This document shows positions 26,090-38,999 of a DNA stretch of 64,000 nucleotides, one piece after another. Position numbers and translations under genes: made by a program. The DNA is from Camelus ferus (lineage: Eukaryota), in assembly GCF_009834535.1 (NCBI RefSeq), contig NC_045696.1, positions 45,262,001 to 45,326,000 on the forward strand, read 5' to 3'. The notes under the pieces were generated by a model. It was not told the DNA's origin, did no database searches, and saw only the letters and a list, made by a program, of their open reading frames with translations. Numbering within the stretch: the first letter of the stretch is position 1; the number at the start of each line of letters is the position of its first letter.

Positions 26090-26769
26090 TATTATTCTTG
26101 CAGCAATTTTTTTTGGGGATCTGTCTGCTAGAGCAATGGAAATAAAAGCAAAAATTAACAAATGGGACCTAGATAAACTTAAAAGCTTTTGCACAGCAAA
26201 GAAAATCATAAACAAAACAAAAAGACAACCTATTAAGTAGAAGAAAATATTTGCAAATGATGTGACCAACAAAGAATTAATTTCCAAAATGTACAAACAG
26301 CTCATACAGCTTAATAGCAAACAAACAAACGGCCCAATCAAAAAAATGGCTGAAGACCTAAATAGACATTTCTCCAAAAAAGACATACAGATAGCCACAG
26401 GCACATGAAAAGATGTTCAACGTTGCTAATTATCAGAGAAATGCAAATCAAAACTAAATGAGGTATCACCTCACACTCGTCAAAATAGCCATCATCAAAA
26501 AGTCTACAAACAATAAATGCTGGAGAGGGTGTGGAGAAAAAGGTATCCTCCTACACTGTTGGTAGGAATGTAAATTGGTGCAGCCACTATGCAGAACAGT
26601 ATGGCTATTTCTTAAAAAACTAAAAATAGAGTTACCATATGATCTAGCAATCCCACTCTTGGGCATATATCTGGAGAAAACTCTAATTTGAAAAGATACA
26701 TGCCCTCCAATACTCAGAGCAGCACTATTACAATAGCCAAGACATGGAAGCAACCTAAATGTCCATCAA

Positions 26770-26807
<38 letters not shown>

Positions 26808-27285
26808 ACACCACAATGGAATACTACTCAGCCATAAAAGACTAAAATAATGCCATTTGTAGCAACATGGATGGATGTAGAGATTATCATATTAAATGAA
26901 AGAAGTCAGACACAGAAAGACACACTATTATATGATATCACTTATATGTGCAATCTAAAGAAATGACACAAATGACTTATTTACAAATCAGAAACAGACT
27001 CACATAGAAAACAAACTATGGCTCCCAAAGGGGAAAGAACGTGGGGACAGGGATAAATTAGGTGTTTGGGATTAATATATACACACTACTATATATAAAA
27101 TAGATTAACAACAAGGACCTACTATATAGCACAGGGAATTTTATTTAATATCGCATAATAACCTATAATGGAAAAAATCTGAAAAATAATATATATATAT
27201 ATATATATATAACAAATCACTTTTCTGTACAGCTGAAACTAACACAACATTGTAAATCAACTATACTTCAGTAAAAAAAAAAAAA
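26090..27285 (+). mobile_element. 5'-truncated L1 with internal (CA)n and (TA)n
   Basis: ORF2 C-terminus, 3'UTR and poly-A at 27273-27285. Confidence 0.9.
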
Positions 27286-29723
27286 GTTCTGATTGATTGA
27301 TTAAAGCCAAAAGGGAACAAAAAGGAAGAATACTGATAACAGATCTCAAAATGTGGGAACCATGGAAGAGAACTGGACACTAGAGAGACCCATTACATGG
27401 CTTCATGCTTAATAGATTATTACACCTTCTTAATTACATATAATCATTTATTTGCTCATTCATTCTTACATTCATTCAACAAATACTGACTGATTAACCG
27501 TGTTCCACGGTACAGGGATAGTCCTTAGGAATAGAACTGTGAACAAGGTAGAGTCCCCCCCTTCAAGGAGCTTTGTGAAGAGGAACCATGGACTGGTATC
27601 AGAACACACACTACACCCCCTTTATATTTAAAGACCATTCTCAATCAATCTTTGTATCATCTTCATAAACCTTACAGTCATAAGAAAAAAACACTTTACT
27701 AATTACCACATAGAGATACCTGAATATGGTAGCCTCTATCATTATCATTGATAAATTCTAGTGCCTCCCTTACTAAATTTGGTCAGAGTGTATTATGTTT
27801 TAAAAGGCACACCCATTTACAGTGAGACGTGTCTGCCCTTTGTATACAGGTTGGTTTGGGTGCATTTCCTCTCTGCTTCAACAAATACTGAGCACCAAGT
27901 ACAATCTCGCATCTCCATAGGGGATGTGTCCATTTATACATATTTTGGTTTTCACTCTTTAAGTGTTTTTAGTGTTTTAACATACCCAAGCAAGAAACTT
28001 TTATTTAATTCATAAACTGCTGGTTACTATTTATTATTTAAAATGCAGAAAAATACATTCTTCCATTACAAAAGCCTCCCAAACACCAAACGTGAAAGTA
28101 AGCTGTAGTGCTGTGCCCAGGTCTCTCTTTCCTTCATATGTCTTAGACAATCATTAGCATTGCTTGTCCTGCAAAAATAGCCTTGTTTCCCAGAAGCAAG
28201 AACACTATTCTCTAACTGGGTGGGGAGATCTTACAGACTCTTGCTAGATCCAAAATAATAATGATAGAAAAGTAGAAAAAATATTTACAGGGTTGTGACA
28301 TTTCTGATGCTTTTTTTTTTTTCAACTCCAGTAATTTGTATAGCTTTTTTTTTTCCCAGGGTGTGATCCATGATTTCTATAAGTTAGTTCATATTTTTTA
28401 TTGAAGTACAGTCTAAAAATAGAGTTACCATATGCTCCAGCAATCCCACTCCTGGACATATATCCACTTTTTACCTCTTCTTTTTTCCCATATGCCTTTA
28501 ACCTTTATTGTGAGACACAAGCTACTAATAGAGGAGGTAAGATTAAAACTGCATATTGGCAGACAAAGCTCAATTTACCCTTTGAGGATTTCTTGTTTTG
28601 GCCATGGGAGGTAAAATTGCTTTTTTGCTTAAAGCAATCAAATACTTCACAAATATTGGCTGCTGTGCTTTAAAAATACACATTTTAATGAATTTAAAGG
28701 ATTTTATGCACTTTGGGTGGTATACAATCAAACAGTATTGAATTTTGTAACTTGCCAATTTAACAATCTGTGCTGCTCTCATAGTAAAGAATAAAACTGA
28801 GTAGCAAAATTCAAACCAGGTAAGTATGGACGTTACACACAAGGAAGCAATTGGAAAAGAGTTATTCCCAACTGGTTGCTTTTATGTACCCTGTCTTCCA
28901 CCCAAACTTGCTTTCCTGCCACTGTACCTTTATGATGGTACCAATTACATGCACAAATCCAATCTAGGCTTCAAGTTCAATATTTTCTTAATATTTAATA
29001 CTTTTTTCACAATATGTTATTATCCTTGTGTTCTTTTTTTCTCTCAGGATATCTCTCTGGTTTACCTTTGCATCCATAAAAGCATATAATTAAATAAATA
29101 ACAGTATGTACACGGTAGATACTCAACTGAATTTGGCTACATTAATGAAAGAATGGATGTATTCTAGGCTACAGTTCAGATTCTCGTGATTTATCTCACA
29201 AAGGATTATATTATTATTTTAATGAGATAATTACTTTTTTCATTATATTCCAAAATAAGAAATATACCTATTACTGATATGAGAGATTGACATAGATAAG
29301 AAAAATTTTTCCAAAGAACAGAACAAACTCAAATTGTATGCACCATCCCCAAACTCCTAAAGAGATTGAAGAAAGAAAATTACAAATTAAATATTGATTA
29401 AATAATATTTCAATGTTTACTCTACACAGTATCTAAGCTCCTTTCATTTTTTACTTCTTTTATTCTTTTAGGTACTCTATTTTTACCACTTAATTCTTAG
29501 CTGAAACAAATCAGATTTTTTTTCTTGTCAGAAGCCTTCATAAAATATTTAATAAATAAAACAACAAAAGTGTCAAATAACATAATAAACAGGAATGTAA
29601 TTTATTTCTATTCCTTCTAGTACAGATCTATAAGTCATAGATGGAAATAATTAAAATTTTTGTCTGAAATAAAGATCCATACAACTGGAAAAATATAAAA
29701 ATTGTGATTCTAAAATAGCTCTG

Positions 29724-30670
29724 AAAAAACAAACAACCTGATTAAAATGGGCAGAGGGCCCAAATAGACATTTTTCCAAAGAAGACATACAGATGGCCAA
29801 CAGACACATGAAAAGATGCTCAACATCACTAATCACCAGAGAAATGCAAATCAAAACACAATGAAATACCACCTCACAGCTGCCAGAATGGCTATATCAA
29901 AAAGACAACAAATAGTAAGTGTTGGCGAGGCTGTGGAGAAAATAGAACCTGTGTGCACTTCTAATGAGACTGTAAATTGATGCGGCCACTATGGAAAACT
30001 GCATGGAAGTTTCTAAAAATATTAAAAATAGAATTACCATATGATCTAGCAATTCTACTTCTGAGTATTTTATCAAAAGAAAATAAAGACATTAATTTGA
30101 AAAGATTATATGCTCCCCTATGTTCATTGCAGCATTATCTACAGTAGCTAAGATTTGGAAGTGACAAGTGTCCATTGACTGATGAATGGATAAAAGAATG
30201 GGACACTACTTAGACATAAAAAAGAATGAAATCTTGCCTTTTGCAACAATATTCGTGAACCTAGAAGGCATTATGCTAAGTGAAATAAGTTAGACAGGAA
30301 AAGACAAATACTGTATGATTCAACTTATATATGGAATTTTAAAAAACAAATGAACAAATGAAACAAACCAGAAACAGACTCATAGATACAGAGAACAAAT
30401 GGGACAGGGGTTGAGCAAAATAAGTGAAGGGGATTAAGAGGTTCAAACTTTCAGTTATAAAATAATTAAGTCATGAGAATGTACTGTACAGCATAAGGAT
30501 TATAAATAATATTGTAATAACTTTATGTGGTGGCAGATGGCTACTAGACTTATTATGGTGATCAATTCATAATGTATATAAATGTCAAATCACTATGTTG
30601 TACACCAGAAACTAATATAATATTGCATGTCAAGTATACTACTATTAAAAAATAAAAAGGAAAAAAATAA
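29724..30670 (+). mobile_element. 5'-truncated L1 (L1MA-like)
   Basis: Starts aacctgattaaaatgggcagag and ends in a 3'UTR with A-rich tail. Confidence 0.9.
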
Positions 30671-31219
30671 AACAGTTCTGGATCCAAAAACAATGAAACC
30701 TATATTTGAATACTGTTACCTTGGTCAAGTCATTTATCTTCTCCACGTCTCTCCTCTCAAATGCAAAATCACGCTGGATGAGTAAGTTTCAAGGTACTGA
30801 CTAACTCTAGTATTCTGATTTCCATTTTTAATCCTGAAACGAAGAGAAATGATTAAAAAAATTCCCCTTTGTATAAATCTTTCCACACATTATTTCATAC
30901 TCAAAAAACAACCTGTAGAGTGGCTAAGTCTTGATAGAGTAAGAAATTAGGGCTTAGAAAAGGCTGTTTAATCATTTAACCAAGGTCACATATCCAGTAA
31001 ATTAGAGTCAGAAACAGCACACACGCAAAAATGCAAGCTCCTTGTCCGGTGCTTTTCCTGTGTTAGCAGTCTGCTTCTCCAAGAACGAGACACTGCACAC
31101 ACGTGCAAGCTCACACACACAAACACACTAAACTTCCTTCCTCTCTTTATATGTACAGTGAGCTTGTGTTGATACCGACATCCATAAGCACACAGCTGTC
31201 TGGATCCATTACTCTTCAC

Positions 31220-31371
31220 CTTGCAGAAAGCTGGAATTGTTTCGATTATTGGTTTTATGCCAAGGTACAGCCCAAATCCTCACACACGAGGACAACTGTT
31301 TGGAGAGCTGTAGCACATCAAAAACAGTGCATCTTCCCTAGACTTCTTATATTCCCAGCATGTAGCTTCTA
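31220..31371 (-). pseudogene. Pseudo-exon, end of DH domain and linker
   Basis: Boundaries ctgctgcag|TAGAA ... TGCAAG|gtgaag, 152 nt, phase 1 to 0, fitting both neighbours. Translation VEATCWEYKKSREDALF...RV*GFGLYLGIKPIIETIPAFCK has one stop. Confidence 0.55.
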
Positions 31372-32620
31372 CTGCAGCAGTAAGATGAACCCAAAGTTGT
31401 TTGTACTACATTATTAAACATAGGTGAAAATGCTTGCACATACTGTCACATATAGATAAATTTAAAATAAAAGATATCATAGTTGTCTTCAAGATTTGGC
31501 TGTTTACAATTTCCTATATAACTTGGGGTTAATAGCCCTTACATCATTCTTGTTCCGTAATATTTAGCAATTTTTGTTTTTTACTCTATAGAAGTATAAA
31601 TGATCATTCTTGCTATTGTACTAGAACACAGCAGTTAAAGAAAATAAGTTTTAATAAAAATATCTGGGTATAACATTGATGCTTATAATCTCCTCAAAAT
31701 CAAGTTTTATCATCCTTAACTCCCCTCTCCCACCCCACAGCTAGAGAAGATGACTTACAGGTGTATGGAGGTAAAAATAAAATTATATTTTTTCTTAATA
31801 TCTTGTTTTGTTCAAATAATAATTTGAGGTAGCTTACATTGAGTCATAAAATACAGAAAGATGCAATAATTTAAAAGGATATAATTGGAAGTTTCCAATG
31901 GCCAATAAACAGAAAGGTACTCACATTAAATAACTTTTAGCAAAGCATTACACTATGGTTTCTGAATCAGACAGGAGGGGATTATTGTTTATAAAAGTTA
32001 TATTTGAGGGCTGTTTATCAAAACAATAAATATAACTTCACATAATTAAATTGAACACAGCCCATTAAATGTTATAATCAGGCTCATCTTCTCTCTCTTT
32101 TTTAGCACCCAAAATAATAGTCATAGTAAGTTGAATGAAGACAATATAACATCTGGGTATAAAAGAATATTAGTCTTTCTTTATAGCAGGAAGATGTGTA
32201 TTCTCATTTAAAGGTGTATCAAATAATTAAGGAGAAAATTAAAAGGTAGGTGGAAATCATCAAATGGTTAGCACAATAATGCTGATAAGTAAGGGTTGTT
32301 AAGTAGCAGTAATGGCTGGTGGTTTATGTTGAGTTCATGCAACTTTGCTAACCAATGCCAGTTAACCTCTGAAGACTGAGAGAAGATCAATATAACCTTC
32401 AAACAAGCATTTCATTATGGTCAGGTTTTGCTGCAAGTTTGTAATATATAGTGGAATAGCTAAGCCTAAAGCCTATTTAATTTACATGTACTGGTCTGAT
32501 AAATCCTTTTCAGCACTTAATGGAACAAGAAACAGTTACTGGGCAAATATGTAATACATACATCTTACTGTCACTTGGGAGATTGAAAACAGGAGGTTTC
32601 TTTAAAAACAAAAAGTATAC

Positions 32621-32949
32621 CTGAAACTATGGGACTAATCACAAAGCCCTATGCTTGTAGGAATGATACAGGTAAAGAAACGAGCAATGATGAGAGCCTA
32701 TCATTGTAAAGTGGTCCTTGAATAGATCAATGAGTAGATAACTTCTTAAATGCTTTATCCAAGTTTTGATCATTGTGAAGAACTGCTTCCAGGATCCAGT
32801 AAGAGCAGTCTGAGATCCACAAAATTAGGTGGTTAACTTTGACGTATAGTGCTACTAAGCTTCTCAAGGAGGACAGATTGAACTGCCACAATTTCAGTAG
32901 CCGCTTTTAAACTGTGAGCAACTGATCCAGATATGCAAAGAAATGCTCA
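32621..32949 (-). pseudogene. Pseudo-exon, central DH domain
   Basis: Boundaries ttttag|TGAG ... TCAG|gtatac, 329 nt. One frame of 109 codons has 3 stops: EHFFAYLDQLLTV*KRLLKLWQ...ILEAVLHNDQNLDKAFKKLSTH*SIQGPLYNDRLSSLLVSLPVSFLQA*GFVISPIVS. Confidence 0.7.
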
Positions 32950-34021
32950 CTAAAATTATAGTCAACAGATATTTGTACAGACTTTTCCAAATAAATTTGT
33001 GTTTCTCCATTAATTCCCCCATTCTCAGCAGTGAAAAGCTGTTTTTTCAAGAGGGACAAATTCTTTGGGGGTGGGTGTTAAATGTAAATGAATCCTCTGC
33101 TGCAGCAGAGTTAAACACCTTGGGGACACAAGAAAGGCAAGACTGAATGATCCAAAAGATTCCGCTTCTTAGACCTGGAATTACTATCTATCCAAGTTCC
33201 ATCAAGTAGGAAAATCCTTGATTTATTCAGTCTATGCAGTATTCTTGGATGGCTATTGAACTATCTATGCTTTTGTTAAGAAAAAAAGTAAAAAGCAAAA
33301 CCCCAAACACTTTTTAAAAAGGATTTCTTGGTGTGCATTGTCAAATTGCATTTGGAAAATACATAGCCAGTTTTATTCCCACCAACAGTGTATGAAAGTA
33401 CCTCTATTTTGAAAATTTTCTCATATTTCCTGGAAGACTCCATTAGGTGCTTATCTGTCTTTAATGTCTTTCTTTAATGCTTTATAAATTTACTTTTAAC
33501 AAGGAAGGCAGAATAAGCTACAGATGGTAGGAGCTGCTAGAGTAACAGCAAACAATAAAACAACGTTGTGTGTTTGACAGTTCACAGTGGAGCAAATGTC
33601 TAAAACTGTGAATAACAAAATCCCTGAATCTGGAGGATGACTCTACTAAATGAATGGCAGTTACATTCAGCACATTCATACTTTTGTCTGAAATGTGAAG
33701 AAAATTATACAAAGAATTGCTACTGAGATTAATATTACTCAAGATACTCATTGATAACTTAGAGGTCAAAGAAAATTTAATACTGATAAACATGTACAGA
33801 TATTAGAGAGAACAAAGTCATGGTAAATACAAATATTTAATAAACATACACATGAATTGGTGTAATTTTGTTAAACCACAGTTGAGTTTTAATATACTGA
33901 AGTGATCATCATACGCACAAGGTCACTAAATACCTGTCAGTGGTACACATTGAGGTATGTGGTTGTGAAGAAAGATGAGATAATTATAAAGCAGTAAATT
34001 ACTGCTTCTTACATGTCATTT

Positions 34022-34059
34022 TTAAGAGTCTCATGCTCTACCGACTGAGCTAGCTGGGC
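34022..34059 (-). pseudogene. tRNA-Lys(CTT) 5'-half tailless retropseudogene
   Basis: Reverse complement GCCCAGCTAGCTCAGTCGGTAGAGCATGAGACTCTTAA matches tRNA-Lys-CTT nt 1-38. TSD cttacatgtca(t/c)ttt at 34008 and 34065. Confidence 0.9.
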
Positions 34060-34092
34060 AACCACTTACATGTCACTTTAAAAAGACAATTT

Positions 34093-35178
34093 AAAATTAA
34101 AAAAATTTAATTATTTATTTATTTTTAATTGACGTATAGTCGATTTACAATGTTGTATTAATTACTGCTGTACACCATAGTGATTTATATATATACGTAT
34201 ATAAGTAATATATATTTAAATAAGTATTTATATATATGTACACACATATTCTTTTTCATCATAGGCCATTACAAGGTATTGAACATAGCTCCCTGTGCTA
34301 TATAGGATAAGGTTGTTGCCTGTCTATTTTATATACATAGTGGTTGGTATCTGCAGATCCCAAGCTCCCAATTTAACCCTCCCTGGTAACCGTAAGTTTG
34401 CTTTCTAAGTCTGTGAGTCTGTCTCTGCTTTATACGTAAGTTCATTTGTACTCTTCTTTTTTTTTTTTTTTTTTTTTGATTTCCTGTATAAGTCATATCA
34501 CATGGCATTTTTCTTTCTCTTTCTGGCTTGCTTCACTTAGAATGATGATCTCCAGGTCCATCCATGTTGCTGCAAATGGCATTATTTTATTTTTTTATGG
34601 CTGAGTAGTGTTCCATTGTATAAATATACCACAGCTTCTTTATCCAGGCATCTGTTGATAGACATTTAGGTTGTTTCCATGCTTTGGCTATTGATAGCTA
34701 TCATAGTGCTGCTATGAACATGGGGGTGCATGTATCTTTTCAAATTAGAGTTTTTTCCAGATATATACCCAGGAGTGGGGTTGCTGGATCATATGGTAAG
34801 TCTACTTTCAGTTTTTTAAAGAATTGACATACTGTTTCCCATAGTGGCTGCACCAAACTACATTCCCACCAACAGTGTAGGAGAGTTCCTTTTTCTCCAT
34901 ACCCTCTCCAGCATTTATCTTTGTGGACTTTTTAACAATGGCCATTCTGACTGGTGCAAGGTGATGCCTTATTGTATTTTGATTTTCATTTCTCTGATAA
35001 TTAGTGATAGTGAGTATTTTTTCACATGCCTATTGGCCATGTATATATTATTTGCAAAATGATACAATTGACAAGGGCTTAATTTCCCAAATAAACAAAC
35101 AGCTCATACAACTCAATAACAAAAAAAAGCAACCCAATCCAAAAATGGGCAGAAGACCTAAACAAACATTTCTCCAAT
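34093..35178 (-). mobile_element. L1 with 5' inversion (twin priming)
   Basis: Minus-strand 3' part runs to ~35045 and a plus-oriented adjacent ORF2 piece covers 35048-35178. TSD aaag(a/g)caattt. Confidence 0.85.
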
Positions 35179-36056
35179 AAAGGCAATTTTGTATGGTCAG
35201 GAATTACAGCATGAAATTCACCATGACATTTTTAAAATGATTTGAGAAGACTACATTTTAGTAACAGGGAATTGAGTTCCATTTTGTATTTGCCTTGTAG
35301 TGTTGAACATTTTAATCACACATCTGGAATAGATCAGTTATTATTCCACTTTGTAAAGGTCTGCTTCTACACCATCAGCAGCATTTCCTAATAACCTAGC
35401 ATGTGTTGAGTATTGTGCTAGGTGTTGTGGTAAAATATTTTCGTGAACATATATTAAATGTACGATTAATAGCGTCATATATATAGGGAGTCCTGAAATG
35501 GCACAAACTGAATGCGAGTATGAGAAAAGATGTTGTAAAGAAAGAAATGTAATGATTAGCACTTGAAAAGGATATGACCTCTTGGTGAAAAGTCATTTCA
35601 AAAACCAAAAAGGACCATTACATTAGGTTAGATAAAATAGGGAGGGGTCATTCAGGCAGCGTGTAAAAGTAGGTAAATCCAAGAACATCTCATATGAGTA
35701 ACAGAAAGTGCTTAGAATCAGAAAATCCCCACTCATTGCTTCATTTCTTCCAAACAGAGAGACCCCAAACTCCTCTCTCCCTTCCCCACACGTATGTGAA
35801 AATGACCCAGAATACACTTTGGAAAGTGAAGAAGGAAGGAAGGGAGGGAAGGACGGGGGAAGGAAGGGTCCAGTCTGACTGAAAGTCATGTGCTTTTTTC
35901 ACTCATTCTACCACCAACTGCAGAGAAACATGTTGTTGTAATTTGGGCATTACCAACTATAACCTAATCTCTTTAAAATAAAGAAATTAAACTATTGAAC
36001 CAAACTTCAAATTTACTATTTTTAAAAATTGGTTTTAAATGAATATTATCCTAGAT

Positions 36057-36243
36057 CAGCACAGTCTAATAGAAAAATCTGTGATGATGGAAATTCTCAT
36101 TGTCCAATATGGTAGCAACTAGCCACATGTGCTTATGCCTATTGAACTTTTGAAATGCGGTTAGTTTACCTGAGGAGCTGAATTTTTTATCTCATTAGAC
36201 TTAAGTCACCTATGGGTAGTCCCTATTGTGTTGGACATCACAG
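36057..36243. mobile_element. MER3-like hAT-Charlie DNA transposon
   Basis: Contains cagcacagtctaataga...tgtccaatatggtagcaactagccacatgtg...ttggacatcacag. Confidence 0.75.
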
Positions 36244-37698
36244 CTTTCCAATATGTTGGAAATTGTAAACACTTTGATGGCAGGGCCTTTGTAAATGATT
36301 TCATCTCTTCCTGGGCCCTGCAGAAGGTGGACCTCATAATAAATACTCATTAGCTGATAATTAACTCTGGAAAGATCCAGTAATCATAAAAATAGAAATA
36401 AGTGCATAGCCACCAAGAAAAAGTCACTGTAAATTTAAATGGTTCTCACTTTACTTAGGAAAATTCCAATCATAGCCACTGACATAACATAAGATGTTTT
36501 TAACTCACTGAAAAGTTGATTAAGAAGGTTTTCTCCTTGAGAGCTGTAGGCTAGGGCTTGCCATCAACTTTTCAGGGACTGAGGCCAAAAGCAGAGCCAG
36601 AATCAGCTTCTATGAATTCACTATTAATGTGTGGTTTGGAATTCTGAGTTCTGTCTTGCCACACACTGTCACTATAAATGTCACAATGGTGAGTCTTCCC
36701 ATCTGTGCTAAGGCTCAGATCCTTTGTTATATATGATGAATTCCTAACAGTATTTTAGTACCAAGGGTCTATTGTAAGACATCTTGCAAGATTTTTTAGG
36801 TGGCTCAAAAGAAATGAAGGCACACTGGATTCTATTATAACCATAGATTTAGACTAAATTGGGAGGGAAATAGAAGATACTATTTTGAAAAAGAAAAACA
36901 AGCAAAGTATAACTCTATTTTAAAGCTTCCTTGTATTCACTGGGATTGCACATTGGGCAGGATCCTCACCATCAACCACTATAGAAACTATTCAAATGTT
37001 CTTCCGGTGACATTATCCTCATTTCTACACATGGACAGAATAAATAACTAGCTCAAAGTCATACTCTATATTACTAGATAATTAGGAATAAAAGCCAGAG
37101 TTCTTAGCTCTATTTTAGAGTTCAGGCAGTTTCCTGCATTGCTTCAATCATGACGGTAGAAAAGGAAAGGAATCTCATTAAAGCAAACTATTGTTGTTTT
37201 TTCTTTCCCCTTTCAAAAAGTGTAGGATTATAGCCTTAAAGCTCAGCCTATTCCTTAAGAGATAGTTTCTCAGAAGTCTTAAGGTTTAAGTAAACGATGA
37301 TAAAATAGAGTTGCAGACAGCTGTAGATGGGACTACCCTTGTTCACTGCCCAACATTTGGCTCCCACATTAATTGCAAGTAACTTTCCCAATCACTGTGA
37401 CAGCCAAAGACAATAGGGCTCCCCAGATGTCCCTATTCTCTGTTCTCTAGAGGCCCTTTTAGATGCCCTGAGGGCAAGTGAAAGAATCCAAGGCCACGGA
37501 GTTTTGGTTTTAAGTATCCTTCTCTAAGAGCTCTTGGCATTAAGTTCCCTACTTTCCATCAGCTTCTGTACATTCTGAATGTTTTATCTGATGAACTCCT
37601 TAAACACAAAGTTTTACAAGTCTCTATGGTAAATAAAATTAAAGTCAAAAGAGAGTGTTCTTATGCCTTCCTGAATCTAACATCCACTTATAATGAAG

Positions 37699-38250
37699 TG
37701 TAGCAGAATTTGCCACCCAAAACATGCCACTTTGTCATAAGGATTATTTTGAAGTGAAGGCAACTGAGAAGTAGATACAAGAAAAGCTCTCTGCTCTCCA
37801 GCTATGTCCCAAAAGCAGGACATCAGTTTGTAAAGGTGTCTCCCCTCCCCTAACAGAAGTTAATCACCAGAGACAACTCTAGATCCTTATCAGCTCAGAG
37901 AGGGCACCAGAGAAATCAACCTAACAAACCTCGTTAAAACTAGCCCTTCTCTACCATCAATTTCCCCATATATTTGCCTTCCCACAATTTGCCAGTCACA
38001 AGAAGCTTAAAGTCATTTTCCTTTGCCTTGCCACTTCTTTAAAATTTTACCTTTTATTAAGATGCTACATAAGCCCAAGTACTAACCACGCTCTCAGTTA
38101 CTTATCCTCTGAGTGTTCCCATGGGTATGCACATGCTAATAAACTTCTGTTTATTTCTCTCTTGTTAATCTGTCTTCTGCTAGTCTAATTTCCAGGGCCC
38201 TAGCTAGTGAACTTAAAATGGGTAGAGGGAAATCACTTTTTCCTTCCTAA
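37699..38250 (+). mobile_element. ERV1 solo LTR (MER34/MER39-like)
   Basis: Contains gccacccaaaacatgccactttgtcataaggattattttg and aataaacttctgttt...cttgttaatctgtctt. Confidence 0.8.
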
Positions 38251-38999
38251 AATACTCCAACACTAAATGCCAGTAAATTAGACAAAATGACTTCAGTGGT
38301 TAAACAGTTTTCCTTCCTCATTTACTTTAATCTATAACTGTCTGCTGGGTTTTTATAGCTTTTTCATAGTGCAGATACCTTACACTTAAGGTCATGCTCA
38401 CTAACAGTGAATATATATAATTTTCAAAGTTGAAATGCTTTAAAAGTTGAATAAAGTCAAATTCTCACAGTTTATGATTGTACCTCTTTTCATTATGCCC
38501 TAATCCCTTCTCTTACAATTAAATGAAAACAGATAGACTTTAGGAAATAAATTTTTTTTAGCATTCCCTTAGGAAGAAGCAATTTGTCTTAGTAGAAGAG
38601 TACCAATTATGCAATAAGACTACCTTAGTTTTAATTTAGCTTCTTTGGGCCTCAGATTCTTCATTGTGTAAAATGGGGATATTAGAAGTATCCTCATTAT
38701 TATGAATATGTATTAAGATGATGCAGAAAAAGATTTAATATAGATCTGATATACAGTAAAACCTGATTTTGTGTATATACACATATATATTTATGTACTT
38801 AGCATATGTTAAATATATAGTATGAAATAAATTTGATAATAATGATGCTACAACTCTGCCCTGTGGCAATATCCTATTTTAATAACTTGTCATTCACTTT
38901 ATTGAATTTTTCAAAAGTTTCAAAGTTTAGAGGATTAGCTAAAATAATGACTGGCAGAGTCAATGTTTGAAATTAGTTCACTAGATTTAAAGGATGGGT

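Larger units (their letters stand above)
22174..32949 (-). pseudogene. Core of a spliced unitary pseudogene encoding DH(RhoGEF)-PH-FYVE-like zinc finger (FGD-like architecture)
   Basis: Five exon remnants (32949-32621, 31371-31220, 25058-24902, 24794-24627, 23141-22174) have AG acceptors and GT donors, one donor being mutated to AT. Splice phases match. Hand translation gives DH motifs (FFAYLDQLLTV*KRLL; LSSLLVSLPVSFLQA*), PH motifs (GRNLFMHG; VQ*FSDILL; VEFACKTQTRAGW*LKTF*HV) and Cys pairs. Many stops and some frameshifts are present. Confidence 0.72.

Noticed and set aside
31103..31417. Plus-strand ORF with acceptor-like tgtacag and donor-like gtaaga
   Set aside because: No plus-strand partner exons or motifs were found. 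The minus-strand exon here fits the phases of the GEF model.
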